Source: Octopus sinensis (Eukaryota). From it: 64,000 nucleotides of DNA. Below are positions 1 through 12,131 of this stretch, in pieces (the first letter of the stretch is position 1; every line of letters starts with the position of its first letter). Location of the stretch: assembly GCF_006345805.1 (NCBI RefSeq), contig NC_043007.1:5580001-5644000 (forward strand). Direction: 5' to 3'. The notes below the pieces were generated by a model, which did no database searches, had not been told where the DNA came from, and saw only the letters and a list, made by a program, of their open reading frames with translations. Position numbers and translations under genes: made by a program.

Positions 1-1029
1 TTGGAACAATTGCAAGTGGTAGGACGAAACAGTGTGAATAAAAGAGAGGGGGTACAAGTAACGCCTGGTTTAATCAAATATGGGAATGTAGAGTCCAAGA
101 ACGGGTTCCAGAACTTCTAAGAATCGTAGGATATTTGGCTGTTATTTCTAGCAGATTTTGCAACTACTTCCCGTTTGGAACCTTGGAGCCGTGTTGACGC
201 TGTTAGTAGAATTGCTTTTGTTGATTTTGTTGTTTAACCTCAAGTAAGGCTTGACTGCGCAGGCTTATGATCTAAAGTATTTCAACATTGACTCTCCTAT
301 TGTTTTCAGTCGCACGAAATCTATGAGTATGTAATTTGTGACCTGTTGTGGTTCTATTTGTTGTTTCATCCCAGAGCAATCCTGATCATACTGTGCTTGA
401 GAACAGATGAGATGATCATCGTTGGGGCGTTTATGATCACAGAGATGACTCAGAGCTGTACAACAGTAACCATGCTGAGTTAACGAAAAGCTGTTCTCTT
501 TAAATATAAAACTAGATAATAAAATAGTAAAATATGAACAGTGTACAAGAGGATTTCGAAAGCAATTGATAGAAAGAAAAATATACACAGCATACAATGT
601 ATTGGGATGTAGAGTGCGTGCAAGCGGAAATTGTGCAGTCAAAGAAAGATATCAATAAATCAGTGAATAAGAAACATTTATTAAACTTAAAGCAAACGCA
701 AACACACACGTCTAATATATATCCAGGGTTTAATAATATCGAAACATCTCTTTTACGGTGAATTAGACAGAGCAATATAAATAAACTAAGCAAACTCTGT
801 AAAGAAAAAATATAACTCTTTCTTGATAGGAAACTAAACTTCTTAACATTTGCTCAGCCCATACGAATTGCAACCCTCAGCAATTTCCATCCATAATAGA
901 AATGGCCCCTAAATTACAAAAAGCCTCAAGCATTCTAAAATTAAAGACCTTGTCAAACTTAAGAAAATCTCAGAGGTTAGAAATAAAACACAACTTAAAG
1001 CCAATGCCAGGTATAGCTGTGTACTTAAG

Positions 1030-1193
1030 AAGAACGCTTCGCAATTACGTAGTTGTGGGGTTCAATCCCACTGCATGGCATCTCGGAAAAGTGTCTTTAA
1101 TTAGCGCCGAGCCGACCCATGCCTTGTCAGTGGACTTGACAGACAGAAATTGTGTGGGAGCCCTAGGTATATATAAGATACATATTATACACA

Positions 1194-1261
<68 letters not shown>

Positions 1262-1450
1262 TCTGTATGTGCGTTTGTGTCTTTGTCTCCACGCTTTACG
1301 AGAGGTGTTGGTTTATTTACTTCTCCGTGACTTAACTTGTTAATAAATGAGCCCAAAAGAATAAATACCGGACTTCAGTAACGTATTGGAGGGACAACTC
1401 TACAAGGCTGCACTCCAGCATGACCGTAACCAAAACCGGAAACAAGAATA
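1030..1450 (+). mobile_element. tRNA-derived SINE (family B), split by a (TA)n microsatellite
   Basis: B-box-like ggttcaatccc at ~1060, then the gtgtctt...gccgacccatgccttgt...gacagaaattgtgtgggagccc body shared with other copies; (TA)n 1195-1258; tail ctccagcatgacc ~1410. Confidence 0.7.
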
Positions 1451-4087
1451 AGCTCCATCACTTACTCCGAAAAGGCGAATCTAATAGAGTCGATACAACA
1501 ATAAACAAATATTCAACATCTCCGTGACTTAAAAAAAGCAAACTAATGACTGAATCCCAAACAAAATATTTGAAACCAAGGAAAAAGAAGAATAAATTGT
1601 AAAAACGAAACAAAAATAAAACAATGTATTCAACGAGAAAATACAAATTTATATGGATTCAAGAAAATAGTACAACGCAATTAAAGTGAAAATAAACTAA
1701 TTATGACGATAAACGCACAAGTTGAAGCCTCTTATTTTCTCTGCATTGGAAGAGAGTTTAGTCCATCGCTTATCTGTCGAACAATAAAAATGCATAAACA
1801 AAACAACCCCTTTTTACCTTTAATATCTCAAATAAATACACGAAATTAATTCTAGAGTCGCTAAACAATTAGATAACATTATCGAACACTAAAGCTAAGC
1901 GGTATAGAGGAATCCTAAATATTCCTGCAAAATCTTGAAACTAAGCAGCATCTCCAGCATGGGCGTAAGATTCTTATTTAACAATATCACATTAACAATT
2001 GAAACCATATTAAGTGATGTATATTAACACCCGGATAATAATAAAAAACACCCGAGGTACTCGCTCACATACCGAAGAAATTTAGTTGTCCTGAGCAAAA
2101 AAGATACCTTTTTGTAATACACAAAATAAATTATATAGACAAAAGAATGAAGTGTCTACGGGTTCTAAATAATAACCGAAATGTGCGCCGTTTTATAAGG
2201 CTACAATAGAGAAGGAAGCAGTAGCAAGATACAGCTTGACTATATATTGCAGGGCTGTGATGGACGAAATGCCTGTCATAACGGACGTAGAAGAGGGCGT
2301 TGAGAGATTAAAGGAAAATCTAGAAGGCAATTCCGTTCTGAAATTCAGCGTTCAGAACAATAGAAATAAGTTACCGAGACATGGATTTTTTTTAATAGAA
2401 AATAATAGATACCTTATATCCGTTGATACTAAAGACAAATAAATGCATATATTTATATGGAGAAAATGAATAACGGCGCAAATACAAAATATCAATGGTA
2501 AAGTCCTCACTTAGAAAAGCATGAAGATCTCCTTCACAAACAGGAATTTAATAAATAAATCTAAAAATGAAACAAATGCTAATCGACAAGTTTATGCTAA
2601 TGAACCAAAAAATCAAGCCATAAAACAATATGAGCCGAAACGCAACAAACCTATCAACCTCACACTTAACACCAATTCACAAGCTCCTCGTGGATTGTGG
2701 TAAATGAAATAAACTAATTAGGAAATTGATGACTACGTTATTAAAATCATAATAAAACGGAATGCGAACTGATTTAAAGGAAACCATTCGCCAACACCGA
2801 GAACATTCTACAAAAAAAAAAACGCTGAAATTCCCAATATTAATAGCAAATCAAATACGGAAAGCTAATAATGATTAATATTGATTTATAAATTAGTTTG
2901 TATCTATGTTTACAACTTCAACTGATTCACCTGCTTTCCATATTACTTTCAAGAGCACAACACAGAAGACCCACTAAGAAAACGGGAGTGGACAATACAA
3001 GGTGTTCAACCCGGACACTGTACATACTCTTCAGAATTCCTCTTGATAATATTTACATAAGCAATACTCAAACAGAGCAAAATATAAACACAGATCGCAG
3101 ACACCAATCACAAACATATATTTTACATTACAAAAAGGAAACAAAAATACTAATAATAATATGACTGTATATATCTCAGTTTTAGATTAGATATATGATA
3201 TTTATCGTGTTGTAAGGGGCAAGGAAAGGTTGGTGACAGAAAAGATACCCAACTGAAATAAATTATCCCAGACGGGGCCCGTCATGACTGCTACACTGTC
3301 CTAGGAAATGCAAAGCTAACAGCATGGCAAATAACCTTAAGATGTATGCAGTTATAAAATGAATCATGTGAAAGATATCTACATTTCTCGGCATTTTGGT
3401 TATTTCTGAGAAACACGGGTGAGTACTGAAGCAAGTGATCAATTCTTCACACAAATAAACACAAGGAAAACTATGGCATTTAGTCTTTTAATGGTTTAGT
3501 ATATTCTATAACGAAATAAAAGATCGTAGCAAAGCAGAATAAAGTTTGGATTTACCGTGGGAATAAATCAATTAGTTTACGTTGCCATTCTTTTGTCAGA
3601 TATCCAACTTTTTCAGTGTATGAGATAGCTTAGGGGCTTTCATCAGCTGTGAAATTTAATATATCACTTTCGCGATCAAGTAATCAAATAAATAAATAAA
3701 TGTATATAGATTAAATCTTAAAACTAATGTTTTTCTAAATTTTCAAAAGATTGTGATAACAACAAACATCTTTAATCCGGTTTTGTTTTCAGGTTTCTTA
3801 TATTTGTCACAAATATGTAATAAATAAAATGAACTAAAACTGAGAAGTAGAAAAAAATAATCCGAAAATCTGATACTACCAGCAACATTTGTGTTGTGAA
3901 GAACATCTTCGAACATTGTCACGCCGAGGTGCGACACAATACATAGATTTTATGTCGATTTATAATTTCTTCTCTTACTGAGTGAACTGGATTGACACTT
4001 TCATCACAAATAATGCTAATTAACATGAAACTTCATAATTAATCTACAAAATGATGCACTAATTGTTTTTCTTCTTTTTATTAAGAA

Positions 4088-4465
4088 GGCGGCGAGCTGG
4101 CAGAATCGTTAGCACTCCGGGCGAAATGCGTAGCCGTATTTCGTCTGCCACTACGTTCTGAGTTCAAATTCCGCCGAGGTCGACTTTGCCTTTCATCCTT
4201 TCGGGGTCGATTAAATAATTACCAGTTACGCACCGGGGTCGATATAATCGACTTAATCCGTTTGTCTGTCCTTGTTTGTCCTCTCTGTGTGTAGCCTCTT
4301 GTGGGTAGTAAAGAAATAGGTATTTCGTCTGTCTTCACATTTTGAATTTAAATTTGCCTTTCATACTTTCGAGGTCGATGAAATAAGTACCAGTTGGACA
4401 CTGGGGTCGATGTAATGGACTCATCCCGTCCACCAAAATGGTTGCCTTTGTGGCAAAATTTGAAA
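4088..4465 (+). mobile_element. SINE family A, full unit plus partial second unit in tandem
   Basis: ggcggcgagctggcagaatcgttagc...gagttcaaattccgccgaggtcgac...ggggtcgat..aatcgac; near-identical to the minus-strand copies at 62385-62799. Confidence 0.85.
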
Positions 4466-4485
4466 CCATTATTGTTATTATTTAT

Positions 4486-4695
4486 GGCTGGCAGAATCTT
4501 TAGCGTGCCGGGCGAAATGCATAACAGTATTTCGCCTCTCGCTACGTTCTGAGTTCAAATTCCGTCGAGGTCGACAATTATTATTCTAATCCTTCGGGGT
4601 TCGATAAATTAAGTACCAGTGAAACACTGGGGTCAATGTAATCGACTAGTCCCCTTCCCCCAAATTTGAGGCCTTGTGCCTTTAGTAGAAAGGAT
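4486..4695 (+). mobile_element. SINE family A copy
   Basis: Same head (ggctggcagaatc...gagttcaaattcc) and gtaccagt...ctggggtc..gtaatcgac body. Confidence 0.8.
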
Positions 4696-4719
4696 TATTA
4701 TTATTATTATTATTATTAT

Positions 4720-5221
4720 TGAGTGAGAGAGCAGTTCATGCCATCAAAGTGACACTGGGGTAAAATATACGAAGCCCAGTATACCCATCATGACTACCCG
4801 TCTGATAAGGGTACACCAGGCACATGCATCACAACCATATGTGCGCGACATGGTGATCTCATATCAAGATAAATAGCACATGACCTTGCAGGTGGGGCCC
4901 AGTTAGAATTTTCTTCTGGTCGAGTAGCCCATCCTGCTCAAAAGGTCCCTGAATAAGGGTTGTTTAAGGATGTTGAAAGGACCACCCATGTTTCCTGAGG
5001 TGAATTATTCAAACCCCAAAGAATCCCTCTCAACACATGGCTATGATGCTTCCCCACTACTTCTGCTCGTGATCAGAGATGCACATATCGTCAGCCACTA
5101 AGGGACATGCTCAACTGGTTAAGTTCAAACAACTGACAAGCAAATCTGTGGTATTGAGCAGAATATTTGCTGTAGCCCATCTTTTACACCAAGACAAAAC
5201 AATATACATGATAACACTTCC
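4720..5221 (-). mobile_element. Well-preserved ~500-bp non-coding interspersed element bounded by (ATT)n on both sides
   Basis: More GC-rich than its flanks; (att)n at 4696-4719 and again from 5222; minus-strand end reads ...ctctctcactcaataataat; strand is inferred. Confidence 0.6.
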
Positions 5222-5261
5222 ATTATTATTATTAACATTATTATTAAGACTACGATCTCGC

Positions 5262-5460
5262 GGAATGGTTTGTACGCCGGGCAAACTGCTTAGCGGTATT
5301 TCATCTGTCTTCAAGTTCTGAGTTCAAATTCCGCCGAGGTCGAATTTAGCTTTCATCCTATCGGGGTCGATAAATTAAGTACCAGTGAAACACTGGGGAC
5401 GATGTAATCGACTCACCCCACCTCCCCTAAGCTGCTTTTGTGGCAAAAATTTGAAATAAG
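5262..5460 (+). mobile_element. SINE family A copy
   Basis: gcttagcggtatttc...ctgagttcaaattccgccgaggtcga...ggggtcgataaattaagtaccagt. Confidence 0.8.
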
Positions 5461-6849
5461 GACAATGGTAGACAACTAGCTAGCTAATTGTGTGACTGTA
5501 TGCATGTTTGTCTACACTCAAGCAAGATATAAAAACCTCCAAGATCCTAACATATTTGTCTAGTTTGGTTTGTAAAACTCTTGGCATTCGCAGGAACTTC
5601 AAATCCAGAGAAATTAGCGTAATTAATATTTCTATTGGACCGAGCAACTGAAAGTCAATAGCCTCAGGTAACACATGGATGTTGGGGGTTTCGGGAGTGG
5701 GGAGAACATTACGGGGAAGAAGGATTGAACGCGGAACTTACTGGTGTGGTGTAAACGTGCTGGGCGGGGGCGGTGTTTTGATACATTGTAAGATATTTCT
5801 TTAATAAAGTATAAATACGAAGATAAGTTTCAGCGTGACATAATACAAGTATTTATGGATAATGTATAACTTGTTCAGAAACCGTTAATATTAAGGCGGT
5901 GCTAGACTTTTAGCATCACTGTAATTCTGATTCAATATAACCTTGTCACCTGCCCCGAAGAAATCGGGAAGATTCCACCACTGAATTATGCCTATGTTTA
6001 AAATATTCATTTCTTTCCTGCAGGATCTATGATAAGTCTTTGTTATTGATAATGATAAAATGTATATAAGAATGCTATTAAGATGAAGGAAAGCTCCAGG
6101 CTTCCATCCCATTCTTAATTATATCTTAAGAAACCATATTCATTTGAAATGATTAAATTCTGCTGATCATATTCGAAAGCTCATTAAAACTGAACGGAAA
6201 TACGATACATAAGTAAATGAAAAAAAAAACTTCTCAAAAATCAGTGACATAAAAGAACAATGCCCTGGGCTTTTCTTGAGTAATGAATATCATCTGCGTA
6301 CAACGTAAACATAGTCGTTACCACCACGTAGTAGAATTACGATATGCGATAGGGATTGGTCCCTTTCAAGTATTTAAAAATAATCTTAGATAAAGGAGGG
6401 GCGAACAAGATTTTCAAGTCACTAATAGTAATATGTAGGATATAATGAAGTAAGTATTTGTGTAAAAAGATATAATGAGCGCCATGAACGATTTATATAA
6501 TTATTGGTTTTCTTTTTCTTGTTGCTGTTTCGGTAGAGGTTCAGTTAAATACTGTTAGAATTATAAAGAACTTTCTGGCTTTTTCTAAAACAGTTGGCTT
6601 AAGTTTACGCTTCCGAAGAAAAGAAAAAAAAACGTAGATTTTCTTGCGTGAAGATAACAGACAAATAGTGGGGAAAAAAATCAATTTTGTTCTCTATTCA
6701 ACAACAGTCTGTTTTGTATATACTTTGCTGTTTTTTTTTTGTTTTTTCTTAGTTTTCTTTGGGAAGCTTTTGAAGAATTTGTATTCATGTCATAAATCAA
6801 AGGAGAAATGGCGTGCCAGAGATCGTCTTCCAGAAACAATCATTTTAAC

Positions 6850-7418
6850 ACGAGATCTGATTAAAAAAAGTATCGGGACTGGTGCTATAAAACGAAAACT
6901 ACAACACGTAGCCAGGCAGCACATGGTGTCCTTTGAAGAAATCCCTTTTTTGAAGTTACACATTTTATCCAGTGTTGTTTTCCATTGAGGGAAATATTCT
7001 CGGAACTCCTTTTTTGGAGATAGCGAGCAGCTGCCTCATCGCATGTCCTTGGATTTTCTGACGTCTTGAAAATCTTGTTGGGTCTTCTACTACAAAGAAC
7101 GAGCCTTGGTTTCGCGGGGTTATAGCCATGGAACCACGATTCGTCACCTGTTATGATCGTTTCCAAAATGGTTTTGTCTTCCTCGATACATTCAAGAAAA
7201 TGCGAAGCTGAAATCCGATCATTTGGGGGGAGGGCGACCATATTCTACACACTTTACTTCTAAGCACTGCTATAACGAACGGAAGTGAACGAGAACTCTG
7301 TAACTTATGTGCATGTGCGACAGAGTTTAAGGTCAAATCTGTGTCAAGCGGCTTTATTCTGCTTACTTTAGCTCCGTTACCATAACAACAGTCCCGATAC
7401 TTTTTGATCAGATCTCGT
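6850..7418 (-). mobile_element. mariner (DD34D-type) internal-deletion derivative with both TIRs
   Basis: TIRs acgagatctgattaaaaaaagtatcgggact (6850-6880) and agtcccgatactttttgatcagatctcgt (7390-7418); minus-strand translation IITGDESWFHGYNP (first catalytic D) joined to C-terminal AMRQLLAISK...HWIKC. Confidence 0.9.
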
Positions 7419-8169
7419 TTCTGAACTGATTGTTGCAAGTTGACCAAACGTTAATTTATTCTTTCTCGTTGCTTTCTGTAGCTTCTCGTTCTTAGACCAA
7501 TAAACCATATTACACCACAGCGTTCCCGTTTGTAGTCATCTGTTCATCAATTACAATTTATTGACCCTCTAACGCACAAGGTAATTACAATTTATTGAAC
7601 ACTTAGAAAGTAATGGAACTCACAGAGAATCCAAAAGTAAAGTGAATCTCACTGAGATTATTTAGATTCTTCAAAAACCATTCCTCTTTGATTTATAACA
7701 TGGGCACGAGGTTTCACATATTTGGGAGAAGATACAATCAATGGAAACGACTGCAATACCTGACTCATATAATGGATATATTGGTCTCAGAAGACTACAA
7801 AGCAGCGCTGATCTTCTATGATTTAAACACAGAATATAAAGAATCGTTACTAAATACTGTCAGTTATTTTGCCCTATATTCTAATGCTTCTCACGTTCCT
7901 TTTCATAACTATTTTTCTTCTTTTCATTAGTGAAGTGAGTTGTTAAAAGTTGAACATATGATAAAATATGACATGAATTATCAAAGGATCTTGACGGATA
8001 TAGTTATAATTTCCCTCATGATAACACCGTAATGTCGAGCTGGTTAAGGTTGACAGGATCATTAGATTGTTATACACTAAGGATAACAGAAATTCTTAGC
8101 TTATATATATTTAAATAGATTTCAATAAAAATTCAAAAATAAATTAAATTAACCACGTCATTTATTGAC

Positions 8170-8365
8170 TTTAAATTTTGGCACAAGGAAGGTGTTACAT
8201 TTATTGGTTCGACCCCAATACTCAACTGGTACTTATTTTATAGACCCCGAAAAAATGAAAGACAAGGTCAATCTCGACAGAATTTGAACTCAGAATGTGA
8301 AAACAGATAAAATGCCTCTAAGCATTTTGCACCAGCCTTCGAACCATTTACGTCGCCGCCTTAAC
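8170..8365 (-). mobile_element. SINE family A copy (degraded)
   Basis: actggtacttattttatagaccccgaa...gaatttgaactcagaa. Confidence 0.75.
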
Positions 8366-9429
8366 TACTTATAACTTATTTAAATCATTCAACGCGTCTT
8401 GAACTTTTTTCCCGAACATTCGGTCCGTTAATTCTATCATAAATCATGGTACATGAACATAATTAATCTAAAGATATAACGATTTATTTTCCATACAGCT
8501 CGTACACACTTAACCAACTGTATTCTCTTGCATATCGTTTTCTTTTCTCGCGTATGTTTCTCCCATACAACCTTTATGCATGTCATCTAGAGTATATCAC
8601 GATCCTACAAGACAAAGAATCTATCAATCGATATAGTTTTCACATTCATCATTTCTTTTTTCTTTATTTTTTATTATATTTATCAATTTTTTTCTTGTCA
8701 ATCTACCTTAACAAGGTAAGTCAAATTCACTTAATTTAAAATTCTTTGAGGCTTGGCAAATTAAAATTAAATATCGTATGTTGTATCATATTAACCAAAA
8801 GAACTGGGAGGCGAAAGTCTGATGCGCCTTACATCTTTTCTGGAGGACAAAATAAAAGTGGGAATCATGGGAAGTGGATTGTCGAAAGTGTAAGAGAATC
8901 TGATGGGGATGACTTGTGGTACTTGTTCTGACTATTTGAGTTCCGATGGTAACACCTGCAACAACCAAGTGCCAAGCACCATCGGCTTTGCTCTATCCTT
9001 AGACATCATCGGAGACACAGAAAGGGGAAACACGCATCCAGGGGGTAACTGTTTGTCTTAAAGGAAAACGGAAAAAAGACAAAAAGATAAGGAAAGTACA
9101 GGTGCTGAAATTTATGGACAGCCTAACAGAAGTAGGCCATTCGTTATTTTGGTGGCCAAATGTTCTATGACATTTTATTGTGCCACTTTATACTGCTGTA
9201 TTTTGTCAAGTATAACAATAAAATGAGTCAAAACTGTGTTTATCGATCCCAATAATAAAAAAAATACTAAATTGAAAAACATTGCTTAACTAAAAGCGCC
9301 CTTGCAATTCGTACAAAATATATCCCTCCAAGAATGTTCATGATTTAACAATATTCAAGAGGGATAGCCCTAATATCATCAGACGATCAAAGAAAAAAAT
9401 CTTTTTAAGTTTTCAACATAACTAAAATC

Positions 9430-9900
9430 ACATCCCGAAGATGGGGGTCTTCTATTCAGGGCCACAAGAAATTTCAGCTCAACAAAATTCGGTTGAATCC
9501 AACAACGGAATATTGCTATCACATGTGGAACAACGCTACGGTTGCTACCACTGCACTCCCAGACAGCCTAGACTGCTTCCAAGAGGGAGAAATTCGATTG
9601 ATTGGTATAAAGTCACGTTCCAGTTTCTGTCCTACAAGCGTGTCGTTTGCCCTTTGTCTTTTCTACCAATTCTATAGCAACCGCTGATCCTCGGAGTTGA
9701 CTGGGCTCACACCATCTTAATTCAGACATTCCCGTCCCTCAAACCTCTTTTTCTCTCATCCCCTTTTCATGTCCGTCTTCAGGCCCGGAACTATTTACTA
9801 TGCTCAGTCGTTCATTTTGAAACTCGCCTCCCTGCTCAAATCTTTCTTGCAGCTATTGACGTACAAAGATTCATGAGGAAAATTTATGCCATCAATGCCA
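9430..9900 (+). mobile_element. 3' fragment of a CR1/L2/Jockey-type LINE (post-RT region), decayed
   Basis: RLNPTTEYCYHMWNNA...LDCFQEGEIRLIG...VSFALCLFYQFYS matches the IRPxLEYCSHxW...LDRIQxRAIRLIG...VSxLCLFYRYY pattern. Confidence 0.7.
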
Positions 9901-10192
9901 CCGCTTTTGCAGGACCTGCAAAAGCCTTTGACAATAGCTTCTCTGCTAAACTCAGCAAGTACAATAAAAACAAACTGAGAAGAAGATTTTGTCTTCTAAT
10001 TACGCATAGAAAGGACGTTTTTCAGTCCAATATATCAGACCCTACAATATATATATTTAACATGAGAACCCTGCCTTGAAATATTTCTCTCAGTTCTATT
10101 GCCGATACCAGTGAAATACTGGGATTGTTTTAACAAATTATGCTCTCCGTTAAAGTATATAGCCTAAAATGAATATCTTAAGTCACAAATCT

Positions 10193-10287
10193 ATATTAAG
10201 AGATAATATAATAAGTTCAGAAATTATATTAAGTGATAATATAATAAGTTCAGAAATTATAATAAGTGATAATATAATAAATTCGAG
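10193..10287. repeat. 33-bp tandem repeat, ~3 copies
   Basis: atattaag(a/t)gataatataataagttcagaaatt repeated. Confidence 0.85.
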
Positions 10288-10519
10288 TATTCTGTTCATC
10301 AAGCTTTATTTCAAGGGAGTATTTACAGTTTCTTCTTCTTCTTCTTCTTCTTCTTCAAAAATTCTGTCATATGACAGGTAAATGTCTGATTTATGACAGT
10401 CAGTCATCTAGAACACATCCTTGCAAAAAGGATACCTTATTTGATCGACATCGAATTATTTACCAAATACAATACAGTCACTGGTCGACAGACATGTTGT
10501 CTCCTTTCTCCGCTATTTG

Positions 10520-10900
10520 ATTCGCAGGTATCACATTCCGAGTTAGACCCGACTATCAAGGTATGGATCAGGTCGACCCATACCTTGTGAGTGAAATTAA
10601 GTAGACGGAGACTGTATAGAAGCCCGTGGAACTGATTCTACTTGTAATTGGAAAGATACACCCTTATTACTGTGTCATGCTGATTCTGCCTGACAATTAC
10701 GTGTACACGTATCTGAGGAATACTCAGCCAGGAGCGGATAATTCAGTTAAACAGTTGAGACCTCACCTTTGATCGAAGGAGATCCTCCACCACTACGTCG
10801 ACGACGATGACCACCTCCTCTTTAACGACATGTGAATTGAGGGTAACTGAGTGCTATTTCTAGCACGTCTAGTGACTCAAAACTGCTCATTCGTCGACTC
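10520..10900 (+). mobile_element. SINE family B copy (degraded)
   Basis: gacccataccttgtgagtgaaattaagtagacggagactgtatagaagcccgt followed by gtacacgtatctgaggaatactcagcc, shared with 28482-28790. Confidence 0.6.
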
Positions 10901-12094
10901 GTGTAAATCAATTATTCGCTAATTATTGAACTCCAATCTAATTCAATGATTCGGTACAGCTGATCAGAGCACATATCTTTCTTTCTTCAGCTTTCATTCA
11001 TTCATGAAAGTAATATATAAAAACAAAAAACAATAAAACAAAACAGGTTCTACTCCTACTTCACATTTGAGCCGCTCACAGTAATAATAATAGCATAAAG
11101 ACAATAAAAAGGTTCAGATAAAAATAAACATACAAACATATTGTTGCAACAAAAGCCATCCAACCATTTTGTTAGCATCAAGAAGGAAAAGAAGAAAAAA
11201 AAGAAAAACAAAACAAAGATGTTAAACAGCACAATATCGTAGAATATCAAAATAACCCTGATATATCAAATGTCAAAATACAAAAATAGGGCAACCTTTT
11301 GTTATGACCATCGTTGTTGATTGGTTGCGATATCAGAAATTGATTCATTAAAATTAATGAGGGCAGAATTGGTGGAGCAACGAGCTAAATGATATGTGCT
11401 ATTTAGTTGCATTCTTTTATATTCCATTCTTAATTTCCCGCCAGTATCGACCTCGCTTTACGGCAATCTCAGTTGATAAAATAAGTCCATCAAGCGATGG
11501 ACTTGGTCTTACCTGAATTCGTTGTTTCTCAGTAAAAACTGTGGAATTTTGCCTTTCACAGAAACTCATATTTCAGTGATCGCATGAACTCACTCGTGCA
11601 TGTTTCAGTCTCCTTTGTTCTTCTCAGTAAAGCATACAATTTCCCACACTTGTCAGATCTAGTGTTAGAACATCGCTGTGTGGATGCTGAACAATTACGT
11701 ATGACTTGGCACGAAGTGTGTTAACACTCACTCAACTATTCGGATTGCTTCCTTAGGCCGTGTTTTTTATATAGTTTTGTTCAGATGTTTTATTAAATGA
11801 TATTTCAAGTATTTGTTTTATAATTGTGGTTCTACGATTTAGTTCAAAATATTCACATATTTTGCAACAGATTTTAAAGAATTTTGAAAGGATTTAGTTC
11901 TCCAATGTCCTCAACTATATTCTTTGTGTAGTCTTGGAAGTATTTTAATTAAAATCTATTAAAAATAACAATTAAAATATAGAATATCAAAAAGCGACTC
12001 GCAAGCAGAGTCTGTCATATTGATTGCATATTTCGGAATTATGTAGGAGAGAGAGAAAGAGAGGGAGAGAGAAAAAGAGGGAGAGAAAGAGAGT

Positions 12095-12131
<37 letters not shown>

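Noticed and set aside
3600-3655. Minus-strand CTGATGA...GAAA as another hammerhead
   Set aside because: No convincing stem II next to GAAA and no cleavage triplet with stem I pairing
8690-8721. Pyrimidine tract followed by AAG|GTAAGT (also AAG|GTAAGA at 29884-29892), resembling recursive splice sites
   Set aside because: AAG rather than YAG, no plus-strand host gene identified, and such motifs occur by chance in AT-rich DNA
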